Positions 50,202 through 60,575 of a stretch of DNA of 60,575 nucleotides are shown here, one piece after another. Position 1 is the first letter of the stretch, and the number at the start of each line of letters is the position of its first letter. Source of the stretch: an uncultured Alistipes sp. (lineage in GTDB: Bacteria > Bacteroidota > Bacteroidia > Bacteroidales > Rikenellaceae); contig CAYOKU010000001.1 of NCBI GenBank assembly GCA_964404645.1, positions 1 through 60,575 of the forward strand, in the 5' to 3' direction. The notes under the pieces were generated by a model. That model ran no database searches, was not told where the DNA came from, and saw only the letters and a list, made by a program, of their open reading frames with translations. The position numbers and the translations under genes are program-made.

Positions 50202-51788
50202 ATGGCAAAACGAGAATTATTACTTGGAGACGAAGCCCTTGCATTGGGTGCACTCCACGCAGGGCTTTCGGGCGTATATGCCTACCCTGGCACACCATCG
50301 ACCGAAATCACCGAATACATACAGGCGCATCCGCTCACCAAAGAGCGCGGCATACACTGCGCTTGGTCAGCCAACGAAAAGACCGCCATGGAGGAGGCTC
50401 TCGGCATGTCGTTCGCCGGCAAACGCGCTTTGGTCTGCATGAAACATGTCGGACTGAATGTGGCCGCCGACGCCTTCGTCAATTCGGCCATGACCGGAGC
50501 CAACGGAGGATTGGTGGTGGTCGCTGCCGATGACCCGTCGATGCACTCTTCACAGAACGAGCAGGATTCGCGGTTTTACGGCAAATTCGCACTGATTCCC
50601 ACCTTCGAACCCGCATCGCAACAAGAGACATACGATCTGGTGAAGGCCGCCTTCGAACTCTCGGAGCAATATCACATTCCGGTACTGATGCGTGTCACCA
50701 CACGCATGGCACACTCTCGGGCAGTGGTCGAAATCGGCGACCCCCGCTCGGAAAACGCACGAACCTATCCGCAGGAGGCTCGACAATGGGTCTTAATGCC
50801 CGGAAATTCGCGCATACGTTACAAAAAGTTGATCGAAGAGTATGCGAAGATCGAATCCGAAACTCGCTTCAATCACTATATCGAGGGGAGCGACCACTCG
50901 TTGGGAATCATCGCCTGCGGTATCGGATACAACTATTTAATGGAGAACTATCCCAACGGATCACCCTATCCAGTGGTAAAGATCGTACAATACCCCGCAA
51001 ACCCCGCTTTACTGCGTAAGTTGGCCGAAGAGTGTCGATCGCTGTTGGTAATTGAGGAGGGACAACCGCTCATCGAGGAGGCATTACGCGGCATTTTGCC
51101 GGTGACGAACGAGATTCGCGGACGACTTTCGGGTGAATTGCCCCGCACGGGAGAACTGACACCCGACAGCGTGCGCGCGGCATTGAATCTCCCGCCCCAC
51201 AAGGCACACACGGCCAGCGAGGTGGTCGTAGCTCGTCCGCCCGCCCTTTGTCAAGGTTGCGGCCACCGTGACATGTACACGGCACTGACCGAGGTCGCCC
51301 ACGAATTCGACCACGCCAAAGTATTCAGCGACATCGGATGCTACACACTGGGGTGGCTCGCTCCGTTCCACGCCATCGACACATGCGTTGATATGGGTGC
51401 TTCGATCACCATGGCTAAGGGAGCGGCCGATGCCGGACAACATCCCGCGTTGGCGGTGATCGGCGACTCAACCTTCACCCACTCAGGCATGACGGGGCTG
51501 TTGGATGCCGTCAACGAAAAGGCCAACATCACGGTCATCATCTCCGACAACCTGACCACGGGAATGACCGGCGGACAAGATTCGGCCGGCACGGGACGTA
51601 TCGAACAGATTTGCGCCGGACTGGGCGTAGAGCCCGATCATATCCGCGTGGTGGTACCGCTGCCCAAGAATCGTGAAGAGATGAAGCAGATGATCCGCGA
51701 AGAGATCGCTTACAAGGGTGTATCGGTCATCATTCCGCGGCGCGAATGTATCCAGACCGCTAAACGGCATAACGCTATCAAGAGATAA
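50202..51788 (+). CDS. iorA: Indolepyruvate (arylpyruvate):ferredoxin oxidoreductase alpha subunit
   Basis: YPGTPSTEI, NEK, MKHVGLNVAAD, RPPALCQGCGHR, DIGCYTLG, TPP motif GDSTF..DN. Confidence 0.92.
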   Translation: MAKRELLLGDEALALGALHAGLSGVYAYPGTPSTEITEYIQAHPLTKERGIHCAWSANEKTAMEEALGMSFAGKRALVCMKHVGLNVAADAFVNSAMTGANGGLVVVAADDPSMHSSQNEQDSRFYGKFALIPTFEPASQQETYDLVKAAFELSEQYHIPVLMRVTTRMAHSRAVVEIGDPRSENARTYPQEARQWVLMPGNSRIRYKKLIEEYAKIESETRFNHYIEGSDHSLGIIACGIGYNYLMENYPNGSPYPVVKIVQYPANPALLRKLAEECRSLLVIEEGQPLIEEALRGILPVTNEIRGRLSGELPRTGELTPDSVRAALNLPPHKAHTASEVVVARPPALCQGCGHRDMYTALTEVAHEFDHAKVFSDIGCYTLGWLAPFHAIDTCVDMGASITMAKGAADAGQHPALAVIGDSTFTHSGMTGLLDAVNEKANITVIISDNLTTGMTGGQDSAGTGRIEQICAGLGVEPDHIRVVVPLPKNREEMKQMIREEIAYKGVSVIIPRRECIQTAKRHNAIKR

Positions 51789-51794
51789 AAAGGG

Positions 51795-52379
51795 ATGAAA
51801 AAGGACATCATACTTTCAGGCGTTGGGGGACAAGGCATCCTCTCGATCGCCACGGTTATCGGCAAAGCGGCTCTCGACGAAGGGTTGCAGATCAAACAGG
51901 CCGAGGTTCACGGCATGAGCCAACGCGGCGGCGATGTACAGTCTAATCTGCGCATCTCTTCGTCGGAGATCCACTCCGACTTGATTCCGCGCGGTGCTGC
52001 CGACATCATCATTTCACTCGAACCGATGGAGGCTCTGCGCTATCTGCCCTGGTTGGCGGCCGATGGTTGGGTAATCACCAACACCGTCCCGTTTGTCAAC
52101 ATTCCGAACTATCCCAACGAAGAGGCATGGGGCGAGGAGTTACACCGTCTGCCGCACGTGGTAGCACTCGATGTAGATGCTGTGGCGAAGAGTGTTGCAT
52201 CGCCGCGCTCGGCCAACATGGTGCTGCTGGGGGCAGCCGCACCGTTCCTCGGCATCGAGGCGGCAAAGCTCGAAGCCGGCATCCGCACGATCTTTGCACG
52301 CAAGGGCGAAGAGGTGGTCGAAACCAATCTCAAAGCATTCCGTGCAGGTTACGAATCAGCTCAAAAACAGGCTAAATAA
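51795..52379 (+). CDS. iorB: Indolepyruvate oxidoreductase beta subunit
   Basis: GVGGQG, EVHGMSQRGG, NMVLLGA. Confidence 0.92.
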   Translation: MKKDIILSGVGGQGILSIATVIGKAALDEGLQIKQAEVHGMSQRGGDVQSNLRISSSEIHSDLIPRGAADIIISLEPMEALRYLPWLAADGWVITNTVPFVNIPNYPNEEAWGEELHRLPHVVALDVDAVAKSVASPRSANMVLLGAAAPFLGIEAAKLEAGIRTIFARKGEEVVETNLKAFRAGYESAQKQAK

Positions 52380-53692
52380 TGAACGTTCCCTTTTCGAAAC
52401 AGATCCTTGACTCGGCATTGGAGTCGATGGATATTGCCGACATTGCACAAGCAACCATTCGTCAGTCGGGCGACATTGCCCGCTACATGGAGCGTATGAC
52501 CGGCGCAGAGTTTCTGCACCTCGAAATGGGTATCCCCGGATTACCACCCGAAAAGATCGGGGTCGAAGCCGAATGCGCCGCGCTGCAAAACGGCGTGGCA
52601 TCGCAATACCCCAACATGTTCGGCATTCCGGCTCTCAAAGAGAGCGCCTCTCGCTTCATTCGCGCTTTTCTCGATGTGGAAATCGCGCCGAAGGGGTGTA
52701 TACCAACCGTAGGATCTATGCAGGGGAGTTTCACCACATTTCTGCTCACCTCGCAACTCAATCCGTCGAAAGATACGATTCTATTCATCGACCCCGGATT
52801 TCCGGTACAGCGGAGCCAAGTACGCATCTTGGGCATCCGCAGCGAGTCGTTCGACATCTACGACTACCGCGCCGAAAAACTCGGCCCGAAGTTGGAGAGC
52901 TATTTAGCGACGGGTAGAATCGCCGCAATCGTCTATTCAAACCCCAACAACCCGGCATGGATCTGCCTCACCGAAGATGAGTTACGCACCATCGGAGAGG
53001 CTGCCACACGCCACGATGCAATCGTCATTGAGGATCTGGCCTATCTCTGCATGGATTTCCGCAAACCGCTGGGACGCCCCTTCGAGGCTCCCTATCAAGC
53101 AACCGTAGCGCGCTACACCGACAATTATATTTTGATGCTCTCCGGCTCAAAAATATTCAGCTATGCCGGTCAACGAATTGCCGTGGTGGCGATCTCCGAC
53201 AAGTTATATCACCGCGAATATCCCGCCCTACGCGAGCGTTACCGCATCGGACATCTGGGTGACGCATATGTCCTCTCGATCCTATACGCCGCCTCTTCGG
53301 GAACCAGCCATTCGGCACAGCACGCGCTGGCAGCTATGTTCTGCGCAGCAGCCGACGGAAAATTGGATTTTGTGGGCGAGGCTTCCGAATACGCACGACG
53401 CGCACAACAAACCAAAGAGTTGTTTACCAAACACGGATTCAAAATCGTCTACGACAAAGATCAGGACGAACCGGTCAGCGATGGTTTTTTCTACACGGTA
53501 GGTTACGGAACGATGACCAGCGCAGAACTACTCCGCGAATTGTTGCTCTACGGCATCTGCGCCATCTCACTCACTTCGACCGGTAGTCGTCAAAACGGCA
53601 TTCGCGTCTGCGTGTCGCAGATGAACCGACCCGAACAGTTCGACCTTATGGACAAACGCCTTACGGAATTTGCAGCAAACAACCGATTATGA
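52379..53692 (+). CDS. PLP-dependent class I/II aminotransferase
   Basis: SNPNNP, EDLAY, SGSKIFSYAGQRI. Confidence 0.88.
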   Translation: MNVPFSKQILDSALESMDIADIAQATIRQSGDIARYMERMTGAEFLHLEMGIPGLPPEKIGVEAECAALQNGVASQYPNMFGIPALKESASRFIRAFLDVEIAPKGCIPTVGSMQGSFTTFLLTSQLNPSKDTILFIDPGFPVQRSQVRILGIRSESFDIYDYRAEKLGPKLESYLATGRIAAIVYSNPNNPAWICLTEDELRTIGEAATRHDAIVIEDLAYLCMDFRKPLGRPFEAPYQATVARYTDNYILMLSGSKIFSYAGQRIAVVAISDKLYHREYPALRERYRIGHLGDAYVLSILYAASSGTSHSAQHALAAMFCAAADGKLDFVGEASEYARRAQQTKELFTKHGFKIVYDKDQDEPVSDGFFYTVGYGTMTSAELLRELLLYGICAISLTSTGSRQNGIRVCVSQMNRPEQFDLMDKRLTEFAANNRL

Positions 53693-54981
53693 AAATAGTA
53701 TCCTCGGCGGAGGCCGTCAGCCTGATCCGCTCTCACGACAGCGTTTACATTCAGGGCAGCACCTCGATTCCCGAAGTGCTGGTCGCCGCCATGGCCGCTC
53801 GCGGCGAGGAGTTGCACGGCGTAAAACTCTATTCGGGTTTTGCGGTTGGACGCGATGATGCCCCCTACTGCCGTCCGGAATACAAAGAGTCGTTTCTGGT
53901 CAACAGCCTTTTTGTAGCCAACAACATCCGCCGCTGGCTTGCTGCGGGTTACGGCCAATCAATACCGGCCTTTTTGGGGGAGATTCCAGCTCTGTTCCGC
54001 GATGGCACGCTGCCCGTGGATGTGGTATTGCTCAACGTATCACGCCCCAATGAGGAGGGCTACTGCTCGTTCGGGGTATCGGCTGATTTGGCCGTCTCGG
54101 CGACCGAGTGTGCCAAAACCGTCATTGCACAGATCAACTCCGCCATGCCCTTCTCGTATGGCGATGCGCTGATCCACACATCGCGCATCACAGCAGCCAT
54201 CGAGGTGAACGACCCGCTGGTAGAAGTTCCCACAGCCATTCCCAATGAGGTGGAGAGTCGAATCGGCAACTACATCGCCGAATTGATCCCCGATGGAGCC
54301 ACGTTGCAGATCGGTGTAGGAGGCATTCCCAACGCCGTACTCTCGGCACTCGGCAACCACAAACACCTCGGATTACACACCGAAGCGATGACCGATGGCG
54401 TACTACCCCTATTGGAAAAGGGAATAATTGACAACTCCTTAAAAAAGGTATTACCGGGAATCACAGTAGGTTCGCTCGCACTCGGATCACGTCGGCTATA
54501 CGACTATATGGATTATCGCAAAGATCTGGTTATGAAAGATGTGGCATGGACAAACGATCCGTTCCGCATTCGTCAGAATCCGCGTGTGATGGCAATCAAT
54601 TCGGCAGTTGAAGTTGATCTTACGGGACAAGTATGTGCCGATTCGGTCGGACAACGGATTATTTCGGGGGTCGGCGGTCAGCACGACTTTATGTACGGAG
54701 GTTCACTCTCCGAAGGGGGCAAAACCTTTATTGCTATCCCCTCAATCACCCCAAAAGGAGAGTCGAAGATCAAACCGATACTTACGGCCGGAGCGGGTGT
54801 TGTCACGACACGCCACATGATACAGCACATCGTAACGGAGTACGGTGTGGCACACCTCCGCGGCAAGAATTTGGCCGAACGGGCACGCGCATTGATCGCC
54901 ATCGCCCACCCCTCGGTACGCGAAAATTTAGAGCGCGAAGCGAGCGAACGATTTGGTTACAGTTTCACATCCGGCCAATAA
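53689..54981 (+). CDS. Acetyl-CoA hydrolase/CoA transferase (4-hydroxybutyrate CoA-transferase-like)
   Basis: TLQIGVGGIP, LGLHTE, EVDLTGQV, SGVGGQHDF, VTEYG..IAHP. Confidence 0.9.
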   Translation: MKIVSSAEAVSLIRSHDSVYIQGSTSIPEVLVAAMAARGEELHGVKLYSGFAVGRDDAPYCRPEYKESFLVNSLFVANNIRRWLAAGYGQSIPAFLGEIPALFRDGTLPVDVVLLNVSRPNEEGYCSFGVSADLAVSATECAKTVIAQINSAMPFSYGDALIHTSRITAAIEVNDPLVEVPTAIPNEVESRIGNYIAELIPDGATLQIGVGGIPNAVLSALGNHKHLGLHTEAMTDGVLPLLEKGIIDNSLKKVLPGITVGSLALGSRRLYDYMDYRKDLVMKDVAWTNDPFRIRQNPRVMAINSAVEVDLTGQVCADSVGQRIISGVGGQHDFMYGGSLSEGGKTFIAIPSITPKGESKIKPILTAGAGVVTTRHMIQHIVTEYGVAHLRGKNLAERARALIAIAHPSVRENLEREASERFGYSFTSGQ

Positions 54982-55051
54982 GAGTTAGGCACTTTCAAAA
55001 AATATTTATTGATTTTCGATAAAAATAAGTTGTTTTTCATTTTTTAATTCC

Positions 55052-55059
55052 TATCTTTG
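55052..55059 (+). promoter_or_regulatory. Sigma-A -7 element for the exporter operon
   Basis: TATCTTTG in an AT-rich intergenic region. Confidence 0.55.
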
Positions 55060-55123
55060 CCTGCGGTAGACGAAATACGCATTACAATTCGTTATATCGT
55101 AAACGCTACGGCAGCAAACAGAT

Positions 55124-55813
55124 ATGATTAAACTGGAAAACATCAACAAAACCTACAACAACGGTTCGCCGTTGCATGTACTCAAAGGCATCAATCTCAA
55201 CGTCGAGGAGGGCGAATTGGTGTCGATTATGGGGGCATCGGGATCGGGAAAATCTACGCTGCTCAATATTCTGGGGATTCTTGATGACTATGACAGCGGA
55301 AACTACTATCTGGCCGGCCGACTGATCAAGCACCTGTCGGAGACACAGGCCGCCGCCGCGCGAAACAACATGATCGGATACATTTTCCAATCGTTCAATC
55401 TGATCAATTATAAAAACGCCGTCGAAAACGTGGCACTACCGCTCTATTACCAAGGCGTTACACGTCGCAAGCGGAATATGATGGCATTGGAATACCTCGA
55501 CCGATTGGGGTTGAAAGATTGGGCTGAACACATGCCCAATGAGATGTCTGGCGGTCAAAAACAACGTGTAGCGATCGCGCGTGCACTCATTAATCAACCT
55601 CGCATCATTCTGGCCGATGAACCGACCGGAGCCCTCGACAGTGCCACCTCACAGGAGGTGATGAATCTGCTGCGCAGCGTCAATGTCGATATGGGAATGA
55701 CCATCATATGTGTCACCCACGAACAATCTATCGCCGATCAAACCGATAAGATCATCCGCCTGAAAGACGGCGTGATAGACTCCATTGATCTCACCGAAAT
55801 GGCAAAACGATGA
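55124..55813 (+). CDS. ABC ATP-binding protein (MacB/LolD-like)
   Basis: GASGSGKS, MSGGQKQRV, LADEPTG. Confidence 0.93.
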   Translation: MIKLENINKTYNNGSPLHVLKGINLNVEEGELVSIMGASGSGKSTLLNILGILDDYDSGNYYLAGRLIKHLSETQAAAARNNMIGYIFQSFNLINYKNAVENVALPLYYQGVTRRKRNMMALEYLDRLGLKDWAEHMPNEMSGGQKQRVAIARALINQPRIILADEPTGALDSATSQEVMNLLRSVNVDMGMTIICVTHEQSIADQTDKIIRLKDGVIDSIDLTEMAKR

Positions 55814-57063
55814 GAGAGTTACTGCTCGAAATAGCCACCTCGATTCGGCGAAACAAACTTCGCACGTTTCTCACGGGATTTTCGGTTGCGTGGGGAATTT
55901 TCATGTTGGTTATCCTGTTAGGATCGGGCAATGGACTAAAAAATGGGGTCACCTCCAATTTCCAAAACTACGCGACCAACACAATCTCCGTCCAAGGCGG
56001 ATATGCATCGAAAGCCTACGCGGGCTATGGGAAATGGAGATCCATCAATCTGAAAAACAGCGATATCGAAATTTTCCGAACCGAATTCCCCGAAGTTGAT
56101 CAGGTCGCAGCAAAATCATGGTACAGAGGCTCTTCGGCCAGTTACGGCGAACAATTTGCCGACATCAGCCTGCGTGGAGCTCTGCCCGACTTGCAACGAA
56201 TGGAGGGGATCAACATCATCCAAGGTCGTTTCATCAATTCGACCGACATACGCGACTATCGCAAAGTTGTGGTTATCGACCAAGCCCTCGAAAAGATTCT
56301 TTTCAAAGGGGAAAGTCCATTGGGAAAATACATCAAAATTCGCAACGCCTCGTATGCCGTTGTCGGTGTCTACAAAGCCGATGCGCAACAACGCAACTCG
56401 GCTGGTTATATTCCGCTGACGACCGGACAGTTGATTTTCAAAGCAAACACCCCCACAGCCGACGAGATCTCCATGACGGTCAACGGGTTAAACTCCGATG
56501 CACAGATGAAGGACTTCGAAGAGCGCATCCGCAACCGCATGGCGGCCGAACACCACTTTGACCCCAAAGACGAAAGTTCGCTCTGGATCACCAACGTATT
56601 GGAGATGTACAAAAATATGATGATGGTCTTCGGCGGCATCAACCTCTTTGTATGGATCATCGGACTGGGAACCTTGTTGGCCGGAGTGGTCGGTGTGAGT
56701 AACATCATGTTGGTGACGGTGACCGAACGCACCGCAGAGTTCGGCATTCGCAAAGCCTTAGGTGCGAAACCAGCGTCAATCATCCGGCTGATACTCATGG
56801 AGTCGGTGATAATTACCGCCCTATTCGGTTACCTCGGCATGGTGTTAGGCGTTGCGGTCATGGAGGGGGTAAACTACCTACTCAACCAAATGCCGCAGAG
56901 CAGTGACCAGATGCCGTCAATCTTTCTGAACCCCACACTCGACCTCGGAGTCGCCGTCAGCGCAACGATTGTCCTCGTATTGGCTGGACTTGTGGCCGGA
57001 TACGTACCGGCATACCGCGCTGCACAGTTGAAGACCATTGATGCATTACGACACAATAAATAG
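55810..57063 (+). CDS. MacB/FtsX-type ABC permease
   Basis: NKLRTFLT, GVSNIMLVTVTERTAEFGIRKALGA. Confidence 0.92.
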   Translation: MRELLLEIATSIRRNKLRTFLTGFSVAWGIFMLVILLGSGNGLKNGVTSNFQNYATNTISVQGGYASKAYAGYGKWRSINLKNSDIEIFRTEFPEVDQVAAKSWYRGSSASYGEQFADISLRGALPDLQRMEGINIIQGRFINSTDIRDYRKVVVIDQALEKILFKGESPLGKYIKIRNASYAVVGVYKADAQQRNSAGYIPLTTGQLIFKANTPTADEISMTVNGLNSDAQMKDFEERIRNRMAAEHHFDPKDESSLWITNVLEMYKNMMMVFGGINLFVWIIGLGTLLAGVVGVSNIMLVTVTERTAEFGIRKALGAKPASIIRLILMESVIITALFGYLGMVLGVAVMEGVNYLLNQMPQSSDQMPSIFLNPTLDLGVAVSATIVLVLAGLVAGYVPAYRAAQLKTIDALRHNK

Positions 57064-57069
57064 CAGAAG

Positions 57070-58329
57070 ATGAACTTTTTCGACATAGATCGTTGGAACG
57101 AGATCTGGCAAACAATCTCCCGAAACCGCAAACGCAGCATCATGACGGCGTTGGGCGTCTTCTGGGGCATCTTCATGCTGATTGCGATGTTAGGTGCCGG
57201 CATGGGACTGGGACGACTTTTCCGTGCGCAGTTGGGCGGGATGTCGGTCAATACGGTATTGATGCAGTCTTCGCGCACATCGGTTCCCTACAAGGGGATG
57301 CCCATTAGCCGCCAATGGCGCATGGATAACGGCGATGCCGAGGCTGTGCGTAAGCTCAATGAGGTACAGTATGCCTCTGGTATTATTTGGGGTAACGAGA
57401 TGCATTGCAGTTTCAACGAGCGCAAAGGCGACTATCAATTGATGGGCTATACACCCGACTACCAGAAGATCAATCCACAAAAGATCCTCTACGGCCGCTA
57501 CATCAACGAGGTAGACATGGCGCAAAAGCGCAAAGTATGCGTCATCGGCACCCAAATTCAAAAGGATCTTTTTCCGGGAGAGCCCGATCCAACGGGCAAG
57601 GTGATTAAGGTCGGCAATAGCTATTTTACGGTAGTCGGCGTTCTTCGCCGCGAGTCATCGGCCATGTCGTTTAGCGATGTGGAGCGCACGATTGTCGTGC
57701 CGATCTCGCTGGCACAGCAGATCTTCGGACACGGAAATACCATTCATCTATTGGCCGTCGCCGGATATGACAATGTGCCGAGCAAACAGGTTGAAAAGGC
57801 GGTGCGCGAAACCGTATACGCACGTCACATGATTGCGCCGAACGATGAAAAGGCGGCATGGGTCATGTCTACCGGCGAGATGTTCGATAAGGTAAACAGC
57901 CTTTTTCACGGTATCGCGTTGCTGACGTGGATTGTCGGTCTGGGGACGCTGCTGGCCGGAATTGTCGGCGTGAGCAACATCATGCTGGTGCTGGTCAAGG
58001 AGCGCACGCAGGAGATCGGCATCCGCCGCGCCATCGGTGCATCACCGCGCGTGATTATCACGCAGATCCTCTCAGAAAGTTTCGTACTGACGTTCGTAGC
58101 CGGAGTGACGGGATTAGCGGCCGCCGTTGGAGTTCTTTCGCTGGTCGACTCAATCTATTACCAGATGGTCATTGTAGCCAAAGAGGGGGCCGACATATCA
58201 TGGATGATCTCCTTTGGAACAGGGATGTTGGCTTTGACGATCTTGGTTGTCGGCAGTCTGCTGGCCGGCATCATTCCAGCCATACGCGCACTGAGTATCA
58301 AAGCCGTAGATGCAATTCGCGAAGAGTAA
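57070..58329 (+). CDS. MacB/FtsX-type ABC permease
   Basis: GVSNIMLVLVKERTQEIGIRRAIGA. Confidence 0.92.
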   Translation: MNFFDIDRWNEIWQTISRNRKRSIMTALGVFWGIFMLIAMLGAGMGLGRLFRAQLGGMSVNTVLMQSSRTSVPYKGMPISRQWRMDNGDAEAVRKLNEVQYASGIIWGNEMHCSFNERKGDYQLMGYTPDYQKINPQKILYGRYINEVDMAQKRKVCVIGTQIQKDLFPGEPDPTGKVIKVGNSYFTVVGVLRRESSAMSFSDVERTIVVPISLAQQIFGHGNTIHLLAVAGYDNVPSKQVEKAVRETVYARHMIAPNDEKAAWVMSTGEMFDKVNSLFHGIALLTWIVGLGTLLAGIVGVSNIMLVLVKERTQEIGIRRAIGASPRVIITQILSESFVLTFVAGVTGLAAAVGVLSLVDSIYYQMVIVAKEGADISWMISFGTGMLALTILVVGSLLAGIIPAIRALSIKAVDAIREE

Positions 58330-58360
58330 TGCAAAATATAATTAAGGTAAATACAGCCCT

Positions 58361-59497
58361 ATGAAAAAGTTTTTGAAAATCGCACTCGGAGTTCTGTTCG
58401 GCCTGCTGTTGGTCTGGATATTCGTATTTTTGTGGCAAAAGACACGCCCCGAAAAGGTGGTCTACACAATTGTTCAGCCCAAAATCGACACACTGCGGCA
58501 ATTTGTGGTTGCCACAGGCAAAGTTGAGCCACGCGATGAGGTTTTGATAAAACCTCAAATTTCGGGGATCGTTGCCGAGGTGTACAAAGAGGCGGGACAG
58601 AGTGTCCGCAAAGGCGAGGTGATCGCCACGGTCAAAGTGATTCCGGAGATGGGTCAACTTTCGAGTGCCGAATCGCGCGTGACGGTGGCCAAACTCTCAC
58701 TCACGCAGAGCCGCAACGAATTCAATCGCACACAGGTTCTCTTCGAGAAGGGTGTTGTTGCCAAGGAGGAGTACGAACAGGGACAAACCGTCTTGCGCAA
58801 AGCCGAGGAGGAGTTGCAAAATGCGATGGAGAATCTCGAAATCGTCAAAAATGGCATCACACAACGATACAAAGAGTTGAGCAACACACAAATTCGCTCG
58901 ACAATAGATGGTATGATCCTCGACGTTCCGATCAAAGTGGGAAACTCGGTCATTCAAGCCAACACCTTTAACGATGGAACTACGATCGCTTCGGTGGCCG
59001 ATATGTCGAATCTACTCTTTAAGGGGAAGATTGACGAAACAGATGTAGGGAAACTCAAAGAGGGTATGCCCGTAAAACTGACGATCGGAGCTATTCAAAA
59101 TGTCGAACTGGGTGCTGTATTGGAGTATGTGTCGCCCAAAGCCACAGACGATAACGGCGTGATTGTCTTCGAGGTAAAGGCCGCGGTCAAAGTACCGAAA
59201 GATATCTTTATCCGAGCAGGATATAGTGCCAACGCCAGCGTAGAGATCGAAAATCGCGAAGGGGTATTAACCCTGCCCGAAAGCACGGTCGAATTCGAAG
59301 GGGAGAAGACCTACGTACAACGGCTCATCTCGGCCGAAGATGCCGACCCTCAGCATTTCGAAAAGCGCGAGGTGAAGATCGGACTTTCGGACGGAATCAA
59401 TATCGAGATCTGCAATGGGGTCACGGCCGAAGACAAAATACGCGGCAGTAAGAGAGAGAAAAATCAAAACTCGGAAAAGAGTGAAGAGAATAAATAA
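58361..59497 (+). CDS. Periplasmic adaptor (membrane fusion protein)
   Basis: N-terminal transmembrane segment, IKPQISG, IRSTIDG, IGLSDG. Confidence 0.9.
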   Translation: MKKFLKIALGVLFGLLLVWIFVFLWQKTRPEKVVYTIVQPKIDTLRQFVVATGKVEPRDEVLIKPQISGIVAEVYKEAGQSVRKGEVIATVKVIPEMGQLSSAESRVTVAKLSLTQSRNEFNRTQVLFEKGVVAKEEYEQGQTVLRKAEEELQNAMENLEIVKNGITQRYKELSNTQIRSTIDGMILDVPIKVGNSVIQANTFNDGTTIASVADMSNLLFKGKIDETDVGKLKEGMPVKLTIGAIQNVELGAVLEYVSPKATDDNGVIVFEVKAAVKVPKDIFIRAGYSANASVEIENREGVLTLPESTVEFEGEKTYVQRLISAEDADPQHFEKREVKIGLSDGINIEICNGVTAEDKIRGSKREKNQNSEKSEENK

Positions 59498-59517
59498 TCG
59501 TTAAAACAGAGATGTGT

Positions 59518-60575
59518 ATGAAAATAGGTCTGATTATCATCGTGTTGTGTGCAGCCGGATCGACGCTCTGCGTCCAAGCATCCGAACCGGCCACACCGCC
59601 TGTCGGCACGCCATGGACACTCACCGACTGCATCGGCTATGCCCAGAGTCAGAACCTCACCGTGCAGCAAAAAGCCCTCGCAGCCGAACGCAGCGAGGTG
59701 GAGCTATCGACCGCCCGATTCAGCCGCCTGCCCGACCTGAACGCATCGGTAGGAGCAGAAGCCTCATTCGGACGAGTGCTCTCGCGCGACAATACCTATC
59801 GCGATAACAACCAAACATCGGGATCGTTGAATGTTTCGGCCAGCATGCCGCTCTTCCAAGGATTGCGCATCAATCGGCAGATCAAGGCCGGCAAGCTCGA
59901 TCTTGCAGCCGCTATACAAGAGATTGAGCGTGCACGCGAAGATCTTTCGATCAATATCACAACACTCTATCTGCAAGTCCTCTACCACAAAGAGTTGGTT
60001 GGCGTGGCTGAACGACAAGTAACATTGAGCGCACAGGAGGTCACACGTAGTCGCGAGTTGACGGCCGCAGGCAAAAAACCAGAGTCTGCCGTTTACGAGA
60101 GTGAAGCCTTGGCCGCCAACGATCGGCTGTCGCTGACGCAGGCACAAAATAACCTGCAACTGGCTCTCCTCGATTTAAGTCAGGCACTCAACCGCGAAAG
60201 TGCAGCCGGATTCGACATTGCCGAGCCAACGCTCGATAGCGTAACTCTCGCTGCTCTACACCGTTCAGGATCGGCCGATGCCGTCTACAACTATGCTGCC
60301 GAACATCGACCACACATCAAGGCCGAAGAGTTGCGACTCCAAAGTGCCGAAACATCGGTCGCCATCGCCCGTTCGGCTCTTTATCCCTCACTTTCGCTTT
60401 CGGGCGGATACGGCACAGGCGTTTATGGCGGCAGCGATCAAGATAAACTGTGGGCACAATTGCGCAACAACAGCCGCGAATATGTCGGGCTATCGCTCAA
60501 CATCCCGATCTTCAACCGTCGCGCAACACGAAACAGCATCCGCACGGCACAAATCGCCTTCCGCTCCCAAGAGCT
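59518..60575 (+). CDS. TolC family outer membrane protein, 5' part (runs off window)
   Basis: Manual translation MKIGLIIIVLCAAG...WTLTDCIGYAQSQNLTVQQ; SMPLFQG, LNIPIFN. Confidence 0.88.
   Translation, partial: MKIGLIIIVLCAAGSTLCVQASEPATPPVGTPWTLTDCIGYAQSQNLTVQQKALAAERSEVELSTARFSRLPDLNASVGAEASFGRVLSRDNTYRDNNQTSGSLNVSASMPLFQGLRINRQIKAGKLDLAAAIQEIERAREDLSINITTLYLQVLYHKELVGVAERQVTLSAQEVTRSRELTAAGKKPESAVYESEALAANDRLSLTQAQNNLQLALLDLSQALNRESAAGFDIAEPTLDSVTLAALHRSGSADAVYNYAAEHRPHIKAEELRLQSAETSVAIARSALYPSLSLSGGYGTGVYGGSDQDKLWAQLRNNSREYVGLSLNIPIFNRRATRNSIRTAQIAFRSQE

Noticed and set aside
55124-60575. Exporter as part of a bacteriocin or antibiotic locus
   Set aside because: A common Bacteroidota ABC-adaptor-TolC arrangement, with no precursor peptide or modifying enzyme in view
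1-60575. CRISPR arrays, tRNA/rRNA, IS elements, integrases, invertible promoters
   Set aside because: No repeat-spacer arrays, RNA gene signatures, recombinase or transposase ORFs, or long inverted repeats around promoters were seen

Overview
Chromosomal window from a Bacteroidota bacterium. Evidence for the phylum: a SusC/SusD locus, TAnnTTTG -7 promoters, and AT-rich start regions without Shine-Dalgarno sequences. An Alistipes/Rikenellaceae assignment is inference only. Left to right: (1) purE-purK-purL-purC operon; (2) a ~22.6 kb ECF-sigma/FecR polysaccharide utilization locus (PUL) for high-mannose N-glycans, with SusC/D, GH18 proteins, an MFS transporter, GH130 and three GH92 enzymes, one fused to GH125; (3) a complete pyrimidine operon pyrC-carA-carB-pyrK-pyrD-pyrF-grx-pyrE-pyrB, with a PyrI-like zinc module fused to PyrB; (4) a divergent cluster of DeoR regulator, GlpT-like transporter, sn-glycerol-1-phosphate dehydrogenase, glycerophosphodiesterase (GDPD) and HAD-IIA phosphatase; (5) GNAT, mutY, Ca/Na antiporter, zupT and thioredoxin-ferredoxin-MarR; (6) GntR with iorAB-aminotransferase-CoA transferase; (7) a MacAB/TolC-type exporter. 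Best candidates for novelty: first, unannotated leader-peptide plus terminator attenuators ahead of both the pur and pyr operons, which carry matching purine- or pyrimidine-rich tracts and share an in-frame GGCAGCAGG (x-Gln-Gln) motif; second, an apparent sn-glycerol-1-phosphate scavenging pathway. No rRNA, tRNA, CRISPR array or transposase was seen. All calls come from motif recognition; no database searches were run.
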